DNA of 64,000 bases from Lepidodermella squamata (GCA_047495785.1 JBLDXI010000004.1:2542001-2606000); one strand, 5' to 3'. Positions 21,378-35,263 are shown, counted from the stretch's first letter. The notes: generated by a model from the sequence alone, not told the origin. Translations and numbers: made by a program.

Positions 21378-24300
21378 ATGTTTTTTTCGATGATTGTCTC
21401 CGTCCTTTGTTGTTTGGTGGGCTCTCTCATAGCAGTTACAGGCTCTGACTATCAAGCATCTTCTTGCACAATAATGACGATAACCGCAGTAGCAACAATA
21501 GTTCCATGGACTAGAGTGATTTCGCAGACTACTACGATTGGTGGCTATTGTGGAGATGGAATACTTCAAGCAAATCTCAACGAGGACTGTGATGATGGGA
21601 ATACAGTATCGAATGATGGTTGCGATTCAGCTTGCAAGCTTGAAGGTAGGGGCGGGCGGCAAGGTTTCCAGTAGAGGTCATGCTAAATCCCAGTCGAAAA
21701 AAAGTAGACCGTGGCTGGATCTAAATTTGACACTGGGATAGATCGTATGGGTTAGACCCTACGTAGATCGAATGGTAAAATTAGGACCTACACAGGATCG
21801 ATGCCCGTAGATCCAGTCTAATAGATCGACAATAAGTCAGAAAAAGAGCAATGTTGGACGAATATTATTTCTTTTGGATCTACCTGCGATCTACTGAGCT
21901 CTCGGTCTACTGATTTTCGTCTGGGAATTCCGAAATTCAAGGAATTTCCGTTAGAAAGTGAAAAATGTGTATTGGCAAATTGATTAGTTATTGTAGAATC
22001 TTCCATCCATTGAGAGCCCTAGAACTTTTTTATTTGAGGAATTCATTAGAAACTGGCTTTTTTGAATGATGAACGTCGATATCTTATTATATCATACTTT
22101 GTTTGTATTGAACAGCCTCCTGTGCCAGCTGCACTAGTCCCAACCAGCAATGCGTGAACAACACTTGTACGTGCGTGGCTCCTTCGCAGCAATCGTGCCA
22201 ACCGCCTAGCAATTGCGTTTCCGTGATTCGGCCAATTTTTCAGATCGCAGGCTGCAACGCTCTTTGCCGCCAGCAAAACGACTTGGCATACAGCTATCCC
22301 GAGCCAGATCCTGAACTTAATCAAGACTTCCAGTGGATAAAGACAATCGGCCTAACTGGCGATTGCATTTCCTTCGAATCTGTGACGAGACCGAATTATT
22401 TCCTACGTCAATTCGATTATAGGCTCCAGATATCAGAAAACCTAGTAGATGATTATATGTTGCCATACGATGCGACTTTCTGCGAATGGCCTTGGAGTTC
22501 AGGCGTTGGCTATTACTCTGTGACCTATCCCGGGTTTTTCATATACGTGGATGTGAACAACGAAATGTTCATTCGCGAGGATGACGGTTCGCCAGAATTC
22601 CATATTTACGCGTCCTTTTCTGAAACATTAGTTGGTGAGATTTCCCATTAGACTTTGAAATATTCACTTTGTTATCGACCTCTTCGATCACAGAACCGCG
22701 TACAACTACTACAAGGACTACAACAACAGTGACTACCACGGCAACCGCAGGAGCTACGTCCGGTTCCTCTTCGAATCCCACTACAACTTCTGTAGCCACA
22801 AGTACTTCGACTATGGTGATTTCACAGGAAACAACAGAGGTATCGACCACAACAACTGCACTAACAGCGATAAGTAGTTCAACCAGTGCAAGCCCCTCGA
22901 CAACAGTGACTACTTCAACTACGCCAACTCAGCTATCGACGACGGCTGTGAGTGGTGTCTGTGAGTTTGTTTACTTTGTTCCACGGCTGAGCAGAACGCA
23001 TTCAATGTGTGACAAATTATCCAGCATTTTAAAATCAATTCTCTCAGCCATAGAGAGCTTTCAGATATTTTTGTAGCACTCTAACCATTTAATGGGTGAA
23101 TTATTCACCTGTGGGCTAAAACACGTGTGACACAGTTTGAAAGGTAGGTTTTAGGGGGCGTACAAAAATCGGTTTCCACGGTTATATGGAGCCATAGTGC
23201 AAAATAAGCAAAAAGTGGTCAATACGGCTCTTCGCCTAGCTCAGCGTATCCCAAACGGTGTCCTAATAGGACACTCGTGAACTTTACTGAACTCTACCTA
23301 CTATGCTCCGTAGAGAACTTAGTGATAAAAAAAACACTTCCTATTTCGTATTGGTAACGAATTAATTTCAAATACCGAGTAAAAAGTCCATCATAAAGAT
23401 GCTGATAGATTATTATTTTTCAATTTTCACGCACTCCGTTCTCTATGAGCAAATCAGTGAGGTGAAAATCGCAAATTTCACGCGAAAATCTCTGTGCACG
23501 AATAAAGGTGGATTTTTCATTTCACAAAATCTTGGTGTTCAAAGTTGTACTCCGCTGTTCAAAGTTGTACTTTTGGGGTACCCCTTGCCAAATCCTTACG
23601 CATGCGAATTTCCGAGAATAAAAAATATCAGGATGTTACGTAAGGCGGCCCCTATCGAACAACGTTGAGAACCCGACCATAATCGTATCTGTTGAATTAC
23701 ACAGCATATTGAAGTTTGCATGGAAGTAGGTGTTCAAAGTTGTACCAGATTACGGTATACTGAAAAACCTCTGATTAAGAGACGGATTATAGTTGATACA
23801 ATAAATTTTAAAAACTGACTTCATCCATGCCCCTTGCTATTTAAGCGCGCTTCAACAGTAGTTGATCCTACCTGGCAGAATGAAAAAATGGTTTCAAGTT
23901 TCGACGGATATCAAATCCCGAACGAAAATTCATAAATTATTTCCCTGGTCTTTTTTCCATTAATATGAAATACCCAAAAAATCCCTGAACAAATTCGGTA
24001 AAAATCCCTGAAAAATAACCAAAAAAAAACAATGCCCTGAACTTTGACCTCGAAAGCCTCTGAAATTTTTTGAGCTTTTGACTATTTTTTAGGGTTTTTT
24101 ACCGACATTGTTCAGGGATTTTTCGGATATTTCAACTTAATTAATGGCAAAAAGACCCGGAAAATAATGTATGAATTTGGTCCGGGATTTCATATTTAAT
24201 TATTCCAAATTATTCCAAATTCCGAACCTGTCTGCAAAAGAGTTTAAGCCGTTGACCTAAAATGGATGGTCGCGGTACTGACTGAAGTTGAATCGGCCCA

Positions 24301-26230
24301 AGTACTCACACTTTCTGATGTCTTTGTTTGTATTGAACAGCCTCATGTGCCAATTGCTCCAGTCCGAACCAGCAATGTCTGCCCAACAACACTTGTGTGT
24401 GCGTGGCTCCTTCAGAGCAATCGTGCCAGCCGCCTAGCAATTGCAGCTTCGTGGTGTTTCGGCCTGTTTTCCTGATCGCAGGATGCTATGCTATTCGACA
24501 CCAAAATAACTTTGCCTACATCTATCCTGAGCCAGATCCTGAACTGAATCAAGACTTCCAGTGGTTGAAGAGGAGTGGCCTGGCTGGCGATTGCGATTCT
24601 TTTGAATCGGTCAACATGCCCAATTATTTCCTACGTCACTACAGCTTTAGGCTCCAGCTGACGAACCAAGCTGATTCGATCAACCCATACGATGCGACAT
24701 TCTGCGAAAGATCTCAGGGATCGGGGATCGCCTATGAATCTGTCAACTTTCCCGGATATTTCATTTATGTCGATTCAAACGACGAAATCTTTGTTCGCCA
24801 GAATGACAATTCATCGGATTTCGCGTCTCGTTCAACCTTCCATTCAACAGGTTTAAGCAGGCTGTGTGAGATTTTAGTCTGAAATTGATTGTTTTCTTCC
24901 ACCACAGATACGTCTGCAACTACTACAAGCTCCTCTACAACAGTGACTACTTCAAATTCGGTAACTGCGAGAGCCTCGCCAGAACCCTTGACTTCAACTA
25001 CAACTGCAGTGGCAGCGATAAGTACTTCGACCATAGTGACGTCACAGGGTTCATCGGAACTATCGACAGTAACGATTACCACGCCTGAACCTTCGACTGT
25101 ATCCACGTCGACTACAACCGGAAAAGGAACGATAAGTACTTCGACCACTGCAAGCTCCCATACAGCAGTTACTACATCCACGCAGGCATCTCTTTCTACT
25201 TCCACTGCACACATATCATCAACGACGAGCAGTTCGTCGAGTTTAATGCCTACCCCCGAGCTATCTACCATAACGATTGGCACTAGCAAATGTGGAGATG
25301 CCATAGTGCAGGAGTATCTTAACGAGGAGTGTGATGACGGGAATACGTTATCGAATGATGGATGCGATCCGGCTTGCAAGTTTGAAGGTAAGAGCTAGCG
25401 GCTAGTGAAAGTACTATAGGGGACATACCATAGGCTAAGGGCTAAGGTACTAGGCTCTAGCTATGAATGAGTCAGCAATAGATTGACTCTGGTCGATGCT
25501 ACACTTTCAATTTTCAATTTTCCCAGAGCTGAATGCTAAGCTTGATATCTATTTTGCGATCGACTGTTCTCGCTCGATTTCTGTCACGCTCCTCCAAGCA
25601 CTCTATGGCTTTATAAAAGTGCTAACGAAACAAATTATTGTTGCCTCGTCGACACAGGTATGTGCCGACACTAAAATTTCAGACCATGACATAGCTCTAT
25701 TTAAGCAGCTTGGAATCCTCATTTTTGGCGACCGCGTCGCTGGGATACGTGTTCTGACTCTAAGGAAAGGGACCCTGCTGTTCACAGACCCGACTTCAAT
25801 TGATTCCTTCTACAGCAAACTCACTTACTTCGAAGGCCCAGGAAATGTCTCGAATGCGCTCAACAGGCTCATGGACCCGTCGATATTCAGCTCGAAAGGT
25901 CAGTTGAAGCTTATTTCTGCCAAATTAAAGCAAAAATTATATTCTTCAGATGGGTCACGGTTTGATGCACTATCCGTTGCTGTTATTTTCACCGCATCCC
26001 CGAGTTCTGACGTTTCAGCCCTTGAAGAGCAGTTGAGCTACCTAGTGTTGTCAAACCGTCGAATAATTTTGGTTCAATTGCCATCGAGTTACAAACACCA
26101 GAATTTAGAACTCGATAAACAGGCAGCTAGATTTACTGCGTATGGCTTTTCGGTCGTCAAAATCGAAAACTGGAAGAACTTGATCGCTAATGCTCCCGCT
26201 ATAATACACGAACTGCAAACTTTAACGTGA
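21378..26230 (+). CDS. Gene D: SP-MyxoCys-AbfB-mucin-AbfB-mucin-MyxoCys-vWA; exons 21378-21645, 22116-22634, 22694-22960, 24341-24850, 24908-25387, 25527-25657, 25709-25898, 25950-26230
   Basis: Two divergent AbfB-like exons, each bounded by phase-1 introns; all joins GT-AG and in frame. Confidence 0.75.
23909..24194. mobile_element. Foldback MITE in an intron of gene D
   Basis: ~110-bp imperfect inverted arms (AAATCCCGAACGAAAATTCATA..AATCCCTGAACAA vs TTGTTCAGGGATT..TATGAATTTGGTCCGGGATTT). Confidence 0.6.
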
Positions 26231-27202
26231 CCAATAAATTGAATCTGAAGGCTTAAATTCAAAGATCAGAGAGAGATCAATAAAATTGTGATTCGGATTT
26301 GTCGCTTTCCGTTCGAAGGGCAGCTTATTCACAGCAAATTCGAAAAATCATGGTATAACGCTCGAAAGACAGAAATGAGGTTCTTTATCGTTTTGATTAG
26401 TCTTCATTACCGTTTGCCGATGGAAATGCTATGTTTTCAGAGTTGGTGGTATGAAATACCGTATTGCTGCAAATACTAACCCGGGCTTATGCAAAGTTGG
26501 AGGGCCGAAAATCACCCAAAACTAGGCTTCTATTGGGGGTGGGGTTATACAACTAGAGCTTCCGAAATTTCCAATAACTTCGCTCATCAATCCATCAAAT
26601 TATCAAAATTTTCATCAAAAAATGCTCGGCAGCCCCTAGCGCAAGCGCCGGAAAGGCGTGACGTCTCCGTTTGCGGATTAGTGCCCCTCACGTATTTTCA
26701 GCTCTACACCCGCACTTTAGTGGGGCCTCGGAGTCGATACGACACTGTGCGGCGTAATTCTTGTGGCTTGCGGTCATTCATCGCCTACGGGTTATTAACC
26801 CTTAAGCTTTAACCCGGGTTATTAAACGAGGGTGGGGTTAAGTATTTGGCTCGTCAATTTGCCTGGGTTTTTAAATGAGTTGGGTTATTAAACGAGCGTG
26901 GGTCAGTATTTGCAGCAATGCGGTATTAAATTGCAACCAAAACTGCAACCAAATGCAAAGCGGAGCTCTCGATCCTACAGCCGAATTCTTTTGCGAATTG
27001 TTGCAGATTGCAGACAAACTTGATAGAACTAGAACGAATTTGTACGAGCTGTGACCTAGCAACTAGCTTCTGTTTCAGACATTTCACTATTTTTTGAATT
27101 GAAGACATTTTTGAGCTTCTAATGGTGTTTTGATGTAAAATCGGTGGCTAAAATGCGATGTAAAAGCGTTTCTCGATTTCTGAGAGTATTACCAATTTCG
27201 CT

Positions 27203-27217
27203 TAGCGGGGGATAATG
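27203..27217 (+). promoter_or_regulatory. Cluster-conserved upstream motif variant (gene E)
   Basis: TAGCGGGGGATAATG. Confidence 0.5.
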
Positions 27218-27279
27218 CAAGCGCCTGGCGTCACCATAAGCAAAGCCATGATGCATATCCACAGAGTCACGAATTTTCG

Positions 27280-29615
27280 ATGCTGCTGCTTTTTGCTTTT
27301 GTGACATTTCTCATTTCACAAGCAGGCTCTCCTCGCCAATCACATTCTTGCGCAATTACAACAGTGGCAATAGTAACCATAGGTACTTGGACAATAGTGA
27401 CATCGCAGAATACAACGGAGCTATCGACTACAACGATTGTCGTGAGCAATTGTGGGGATGGCGTAGTCCAAGCCAATCTCAACGAGGAGTGTGATGACGG
27501 GAATACGGTATCGAATGATGGATGTGATTCGGCCTGCAAGTTTGAAGGTAAGGACCGGTTTTCGAGTAGTTCACGTTCATTTTTGAGTAAATAAACTGGT
27601 TTTTGTTTGAATTCACTTGGCAAATTTTGCAAATTATCCCTATCCCCTTTCATCCCTTTAAGATCCATGATCGCACACTGTTTGCTGATATTTTGTTTGT
27701 AATGAACAGTTTCCTGTTCCAACTGCAATAGTCCAAACCAGCAATGCCTGGCGAACAACACGTGTACTTGCATGGCTCCTTCGCAGCAATCGTGTCAGTC
27801 GCCCAACAACTGCAGTATTCTGGTGATTCGGCCTGTTTTCCAAATCGCAGGCTGCAACGCTCTATGCCAACAAAATAACTTCGCATACAGCAATCCTGAG
27901 CCAGATCCGGAACTGAACCAAGACTTTCAGTGGATGAAGGTAGATGGCCTGATCGGCGATTGCGTTTCTTTCGTATCCGTCAGCAAGCCTGGATATTTTC
28001 TACGTCACTCCAGCTATAGGCTCCAGCTATCCCTGAACCAAGCCAGTGATTGGATTCTCCCATACGATGCGACGTTCTGTGAAACGCCCCTGGGATCCGG
28101 GGTTGGATACCAGTCTTATAACTATCCGCGGTATTTCATTCATGTGGACGCGAACAACGACATTTTCATTCGCGAGGATGACGGTTCGCCAGATTTCGCG
28201 ATGCGTGCAACCTTTTATGAATACTTTGTGGGTAGGTAGCGTGAGATTCAATATTTCCGTATTAATCCTAAGCTACAGAAGCGACTACAACAACATCGAC
28301 ATTTTCGAACACGGTAACTGATTCCTCGTCTACTGCAACGTCAACCACAACCGCGATGCCAACGACCACTGCAAGCTCCCCTACCACAACAGAGACCACA
28401 TCTGTTTTAACTACTGGAATTTCTTCGGTTACACTATCTACTTCCACTACAACTACGTCACCAACGCCAAGCAGTACTTCGCGCTTTTGGACTTCGCAGG
28501 GTACAACTGAGCTATGGACTGTATCTCCCACTGGAGCTACGTCAGATCTATCAACTACAACAGCAATGATAAGTACATTGGCTACTGCAAGCAACTCTAT
28601 GGTGGCTACATCAATCCTAGTAACTACGAGAGCTACTCAGCTTACATTTTCAACCTCCCCAGCAACGACATCAGCAACGGCAAGTAGTACTTCGAGTATA
28701 TTGACTTCGCAGCCTACAACGGAACTATCGACCACGACAATTGCCGCGAGCTACTGTGGAGATGGCGTAGTCCAAGCAAATCTCAACGAAGAGTGTGATG
28801 ACGGGAATACGGTATCGAATGATGGATGCGATTCAGCTTGCAAATTTGAAGGTAGGGAAGTTATTGGATACGCAATTTGATTCATCTTCTTCAATATTTC
28901 TAGCACTGAACGCTAAGCTAGATATTTACTTTGCGATCGATTGCTCTCGTTCGATCCCGATGACACACCTTCCGGCACTCAGTGGTCTTTTAAAAGTCCT
29001 TACGAAACAAATTATTCTTATTGCCACTTCGACGCAGGTATGAAAAATACTGGTGAGATAACTGAGTATGATTATATAAATGTTCAAGCAGCTTGGGATA
29101 CTCATTTTTGGTGGTCGTGTTGTGGGTATACGGTTTCTGACTCCGACAGAAAGCAGCTTACAGTTTACAGACTCGGTTTTGATAGATTCATTCTATAGCA
29201 AACTCTTTTACTTTGTAGGCCGTGGGAATGTCTCAAATGCGCTCAACAGACTTATGGACCCGTTGATTTTCAGCTCAAAAGGTCGGTTAAAGCTTTCAAA
29301 AATCATGATAATTGATTACAAATTTCCTTCTCAGATGGATCCCGGTTAGATGCAATATCAGTTGCCGTCATTTTTACGGCATCCTCGAGTTCTGACGTTT
29401 CAGCTCTGGAAGAACAATTAAGCTACCTAGCATTGTCAAACCGTCGAATAATTTTGGTTCAATTGCCATCTAGCTACAAACACCAGAGTTTAGAACTCGA
29501 TAAACAAGCAGCAAGATTTGCGGCGTATGGCTTTTCGGTCATCAAAATCGAAAACTGGACTCACTTGATGGCCAGTGCTCCAGCTATAATACACGAACTT
29601 CAAACAATCACGTGA
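27280..29615 (+). CDS. Gene E: SP-MyxoCys-AbfB-mucin-MyxoCys-vWA; exons 27280-27547, 27710-28231, 28279-28851, 28904-29037, 29092-29281, 29335-29615
   Basis: Same intron positions and phases as gene B; AbfB-like GLIGDCVSFVSVSKPGYFLRHSSYRL..DATF. Confidence 0.85.
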
Positions 29616-30610
29616 TCGCTGTATTGTATAATGGAATATCAAGGCATAAATTCGAAGGAAAAAATAAAATGACATCGAATTCGTCGCTTTACTTTCGAAG
29701 GGGGTCTCAATTTTATTTCTAATTCAAACCGAGAGAAATGAAACTTCTCAAGCATTTAGATTGTTTATTTGAGTTGTCACGATTCATTTCCTGCAAGGTT
29801 AGCACTTGGAAGCCTTTGGCATTCCAGGACGGGTGAAATTGTAGCAATTTGTGCGATGCTTCGGGCTACAAATATCGGCCACAAAGGCCGCTCAGTGGTT
29901 TTGCTCGCGTTTTCTTGCCTGGAGCTCTCGATTATTTCCTGTACTTCGTACACTGCATAGTAGTGCCCCAGAACAAAGGTAATCTGGCAGAATAATAGAT
30001 AGGAATAGCTTATGCGCAAACGTGAATTATCTATTCGTATACTTCGTCTGTTATTGTGGCGGTTACTGATGGCGAGCGCGTGCGACGGCGAATGTTGGCG
30101 GCACTTCGCTTTTCTTCTTACTGCTCTAAAATAGGTCAAATGCCATAAATAACTTTACATCATCTATCCACGTCCATACGACACATTCGAAATTTGCACA
30201 AATGTTAATTGGAAAAATTGAAGGTAAGGAATAACTCTTGCTGGCAGATGTCTATTATAGTGGAAAAGTAATCAAACCATGCGCAGCCGTCTGCAAGGTA
30301 CACGAATCGCCCGATAGGCGTAGCAGAGACCTGATCGCCTATTTGTATTTTGTTTGCCGTGTGAAGAGTAGGATCCGGGAGCTGAGTTGCTTTCTACTTG
30401 TTTTCTAGGACCTAGCCGAAGAAACCAAAGGGTTTGTTTACCCTTCCTCTGGTTGGAGTCCCGGATCTGGGGTGTCGCGGCACCCCAGCACCCCTGTACT
30501 TCGCACCCTGTTTGTCAGTTTGTTGGAAGCCGACATTTATAACTTTTCAAGTTAAAAGTATCCATAGAGTTATTATCGAAAAAGGACGGGAAAATTTCTG
30601 AGGAAATAAT

Positions 30611-32183
30611 AGGCTTTTACACACTACGGGAAAGTGAAGTGAATTGAAGCATTTTTTGCATAAAAAAAATATCAACGCAGTGTGAACGCGAGCTTCAGTG
30701 AAGCCATAAATTCCAACGCAGCGTTGAATCTTATTTTTAAGCCGCATAAGGCCATAATAAATCTTCAATTTTTTTCACCGAACATCCACGCGATTCACAA
30801 AAATAGCACGTTCACTTATCGATCAAGTGTGAACACGGCCGGAGTGAATGGAGTGATTTTTTTCTCGATAATAATTTTGGTGAAGCGTGCCTAATAAAAC
30901 AACAGAAAATGTTCACCAAACTTATACGCCAGCACGAGCTGATTAAAGTTCGGTGATCTTTTTCACTTCAACTTCAGTGTGAACGCTTCCGAGTAATTTT
31001 ACAGATTGGAATTACCAGTTGAATTTTGCAAAATATTTACATGAGAAATTATTTGTTTCTGATGCTTATAGATTTATTTAGGCTTATGTTTGAATCTTCA
31101 GGCATTTTTTGAATTTTCTCGTGAGACCTAAGAGTTTTACAAGACTAGTGGCAGATCGCAGCTATGATCCGCAAACAGCTCATACTTCTGATCAGCCGTC
31201 TCGTCATGAAAACACCAGCAGCGTTAGTTCCGAAGAGGAAAGTGCCTTTCAAGGGTGGTTCGCTTTTATTGAGCGCGTTCTGCCACAAGCTAATTCGTGT
31301 TAAAAGCCTATAAATCGGCTATAAATCGGCACCAACACTGGTTCGAAAATAGCGCTCAGTTGAATGGCAAGGCTGGTTGGAGAACACATTTCCCAGGGGC
31401 AGTTGTACAACTTACTATGCTAATGAGAGCCAGATTGGAGAGGCATGATACGAAGTTGAGACAGGCAATGCCAGCGTGTTTTTTAAGGATCGAAATGGTG
31501 TTTAAATAACCGGTTTTAGAGTGTAATTTTAGGGGTGAAGACTGTTTTTCTTGCGATTTCAGCCAAATTTCGCCCTTTTTGGTGTTTAAAATTTAAACTG
31601 TTAAATTGCTTATAAACACACTGGCAATACCGATCCGCAAAAGGCTTGCTATTCCCCTGTGACGACTCGCAACTGGAGATTCTTATCGATCCCTATCCGT
31701 CTCATTAGGCGTCGGCAGTTCGACCGCATGATTTTCACGACTTTTTCGAAGCTATCTTCGAGAGAAGTAACAGATTTCGTTCCCCAACGACTGACGAGGA
31801 GATTCCAATGGAGAATGCGGCATTCATCTATGTGGCTTTCCCAATATCGTAGGAGCTATCGACGGCACTCACGCGGGAATAACCAGGCCAAAAGAGTATC
31901 ATCGCGATTACTACAACCGCTATAGACGATATACTATTGCATCTTAAGCAGTAGTAGGAGCGGATCGTCGATTTTTGCTTCAGTTATCTATTTGATTCAG
32001 TTCTAAAATTGTAAGATTACTGATCTTTAGAGTGATCACGCGTTATTTTATGCTTTAAAGCGCGTTTAAATTCACCGAAAGCGTTCACACTACACTGTTT
32101 CAACTTAACTTCAATTCACTTCAACGAGCACGCGACCAGTTTTTGCTCATTTCACTTCACTTTCCCGTAGTGTGAAAAAGCCT
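30611..32183 (+). mobile_element. PIF/Harbinger deletion derivative with a transposase remnant at ~31831-31976
   Basis: TIR AGGCTTTT(A/T)CACACTACGGGAAAGTGAAGTGAA at both ends, 3-bp flanking duplication AAT. Internal CGFPNIVGAIDGTHAGITRP..DYYNRY..YTIAS*AVVGADRRF is a HARBI1/DDE_Tnp_4-type signature with a stop. Confidence 0.85.
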
Positions 32184-32339
32184 AATAGTAGGATCGCCTA
32201 TTTGTATGAATAGCATAAAAACGAAGCATAAAAATCAATAGGGTTTTGCTTTTATTATCTGTAATTGAATAATTGATTAATATGCATGTGAGAATATTTT
32301 CCATAATAAGACATCCATGTTCTTCACGTTTTGTCCTCC

Positions 32340-32768
32340 TCAGTTGAGTTTTTGGTGAAAATCTAGTTTTTCAGCAGAAATGTCTGTTCTGTCACCGCTT
32401 TGACTTGGCATAGCGCTTTTCGAGGTCCAAACCAACTTGATACCCATCAAAATCATGACACTCGCCGCCAGTACAAACAGGACATGGTATTCAAAGTGGT
32501 AGCTGAAGTACATGAGCTTGCACAGGCCGATGAAGATCATTTTAGCTTTCGTCAACTTGTAACGCTGCCGTTCCTTTTGCTGCTGCAGTTCGAAGTCGCG
32601 TTGACGTTGCCGTTCCTCCAGAACAGCTTTAGCCATGTTCTCCCGGTGCCGCCGTTCCAGCTCCTGGTGAAGCATTTCAGGGCTGAGATTCGAATTTTTG
32701 TGAAGATCCAGCAACTCTTGCCGATTGTCGGCCGGGTAACCGAAAAATGACCAGAATCCTTGTGACAT
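32340..32768 (-). CDS. Small unknown protein (142 aa): charged coiled-coil followed by a hydrophobic segment
   Basis: ORF from MSQGFWSFFG with an E/R/Q-rich helix and putative TM VLFVLAASVMILMGIKLVW, set in AT-rich flanks; no recognisable family. Confidence 0.45.
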   Translation of the reverse strand: MSQGFWSFFGYPADNRQELLDLHKNSNLSPEMLHQELERRHRENMAKAVLEERQRQRDFELQQQKERQRYKLTKAKMIFIGLCKLMYFSYHFEYHVLFVLAASVMILMGIKLVWTSKSAMPSQSGDRTDISAEKLDFHQKLN

Positions 32769-33529
32769 GTTGATAAAAATTCTAAAAAAATCAATGAAAA
32801 AATGAGAAATTAAGAAAATAATTTTATTAGCTTCGAGAGAATGCAACAGCATAACTCGAAAAGTAGAATGACTATGGTAAATTTGGCTGTTGAAAGGTAC
32901 AACCTCAAAATTCATAAAAATTCCCAAAATTATTTATTTTTTAAAAAATCTAAATTTAGCGCTTTTCAACAATTGCTTTGAGAGTTTGAAATGTGAGTAA
33001 GAGACAATTTGCAGGCTTGCGTTGACAATGTTTTACGCCGATGAGCTGAATTGGCGAAAATTAGCCTCCACCTTAAAGGTTGAACTAATGCTATTCACTA
33101 TTCATCTGCTTCAACTCTATATAGTAGATGAAACAACTATAAATTCTCATGCCTAAATACAAATAATGAGAGAATGAATCACGTTTTTATGAATCGACGA
33201 ACATGTTACGCACGCGCTAAAAAAATTACAACTTTTTCATATCTCACCACGTTTACTGCACTGTGATAATCTTCACTTCTGAATTGATAAAGCTATATTA
33301 TCTTTGGCTCCCTTGCTTTTATCAGGTTTTCGTTCCCTGGTATAATCATAAATTTCTCTTACATTTCTCGCATTATACCGAGTTTGACTAGTTTCCAATT
33401 GAACTCAATATCGTCATCAATATCATAATCGTCTTCTGTGTAAGGTCACACAAGTAAATTAATGACAAAATGATAATGTAAAAAAATCTGTTATTCATTT
33501 ATATCCCATTTTTCATAGATTTTAACAAA

Positions 33530-34000
33530 ATGTCAGGACCAGAACTCAGTTGGCGCTTGAAGCAGGAAAATGTTACACACGGCCGGACTAGCGAGAAATT
33601 TTCAAACGAAACAAGTGATTTTTTAAAGTATTTTATTTACGCTGGCGACGAATCTTGCACCGAACCAATTTGTCTATGCGTGTTCCACTTTGGTTTCTCG
33701 ACCTGGCGAGGCCGGGTCGTTAAAGTTGTTACTGTTGAAAAATTCAAATATGCTGAGGATGAGAACAAGATGTGGTCTGGTTTATTGCGAGCCTTGGTCG
33801 ATTATGCGAAACAACGGCACTGTGAGCGGATCGATTTTTGGGACAAGAACTTGGAAAATACATCTGATAGTGATGATATGAATGACTTGCGAGATTTTGT
33901 GAAATTCGTCTCTGCGGCCATTGGCGGCGAAGCTCCCGAGCTGAAATTCGAGGATTTAACTAGAAGTGAAGGATGGCTATTGCATAGCATGAACTCTTGA
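33530..34000 (+). CDS. Divergent spermidine/spermine (diamine) N-acetyltransferase-like GNAT protein
   Basis: FGFSTWRGR, LLRALVDYAKQRHCERIDF and EDLTRSEGW resemble SAT1/SAT2 motifs (YSTWKGR, GCSQFRL, DLTEAEGW); AATAAA follows the stop. Confidence 0.65.
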   Translation: MSGPELSWRLKQENVTHGRTSEKFSNETSDFLKYFIYAGDESCTEPICLCVFHFGFSTWRGRVVKVVTVEKFKYAEDENKMWSGLLRALVDYAKQRHCERIDFWDKNLENTSDSDDMNDLRDFVKFVSAAIGGEAPELKFEDLTRSEGWLLHSMNS

Positions 34001-34736
34001 TGCCTATCGATGGAATAAATCGGTAAATAAAATTAACGGGTGTTTCAGCAATGGTTCAAAACTTGGTCAAGGATCTCGATAAATCGATGAATAAATCATT
34101 ATTCAATTTCCTAGATCCTAGGGTTTCAGCCGCTCGGAAAATCGTGAAACTGTAGTCCGTCTGCATGAGTGGGGTTATTTTTTGCTTCACGAATAAAACC
34201 GTTAAAATGGTTATTGTCAGTTTCTCAGAGGCTAAAATCCCAAGATATGATCGGACGAGTCGGAGGCAAGCTCCTTTCGAGTTATTCCGTGGTGAGAGGC
34301 GATAAATTATGGAAATATTTTTTGAAGCTTGCCCATGATGTCCCTTATTCTTTAAGCACGTTAAAGATTCTATCTGTCGACACGATTAATTGAAATATCA
34401 TAATTGAGGACGAAAACTCCAGAATTAATTTCTGGTAAACCCCATGGCATTGCCCCATTTTTAAGATGTCGTTACTCAGCTGTTTCTAAAAGTGTCCTCT
34501 CTTCGCTCGCTTCTTCTTTACATTTCACCTGGGATTTTATCAATTTCGAGCCCGGTTGCCATCAAAATCCAATTTGGACAATTAATCCATTCTTATATCA
34601 AGAAATTTTACCAATTCTTATCCAAACTTTACCAAGGTGTTCTACGAGCCATTCTCATAGGACACTGCGGTGTCCTATGAGTTTGAGAACCGCTGTTTTA
34701 TGCAACAATTGTGTGGAGGATTTTACTTGAGAATCG

Positions 34737-34944
34737 ATATTGTTAGCGACGCGCCGAAACAACCACTTTGATGACTCATTCGATCGTACTTTGACGAGCC
34801 GAACGTAAGAATAGAGTACGTTCGGCTTTTGAGCACTGATCGCACTCATCGTAATTTGAATTTTTACGTTCAAAAGTCGAACGTACTTTCCATAAAAAAG
34901 CTATTAATAGTAAAGTGGTTGTTTTGGCGCGTCGCTAACGATAT
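34737..34944. mobile_element. Small MITE
   Basis: 33-bp inverted repeats ATATTGTTAGCGACGCGCCGAAACAACCACTTT / AAAGTGGTTGTTTTGGCGCGTCGCTAACGATAT. Confidence 0.6.
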
Positions 34945-35150
34945 TCACCTCATTGAATACAGGAATGCCCAAATCTACTTTAAGCCCCTGAACAACAGCG
35001 AATCCTTCAACGGCTGCGTCTGGATCCTCATTGAATGCCGCATCAACTATGACTGATGTAGCCCCTGGTACTTCGGATAAAGCAGAGCTATCGATCACAA
35101 TGAATTTAATTATAAATTTTAAATATCCTACCTCTCGAACACATTTTCAG

Positions 35151-35208
35151 GTGGACCAAGGTTTGATGCAATATCAGTTGCCGTAATTCTCACAGCATCC
35201 CCGAGCTC
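35151..35208 (+). pseudogene. vWA last-exon fragment
   Basis: Acceptor plus RFDAISVAVILTASPSS, homologous to the cluster vWA exon. Confidence 0.6.
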
Positions 35209-35263
35209 GAACAGCCCCTTTCACAAAATAATATGAATTATTGACGAGACTGGTTTTCATCAA

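Noticed and set aside
25496-26230. Intronless vWA ORF (retrocopy)
   Set aside because: It contains two 51-bp GT-AG introns at conserved positions that merely happen to be in frame and stop-free.
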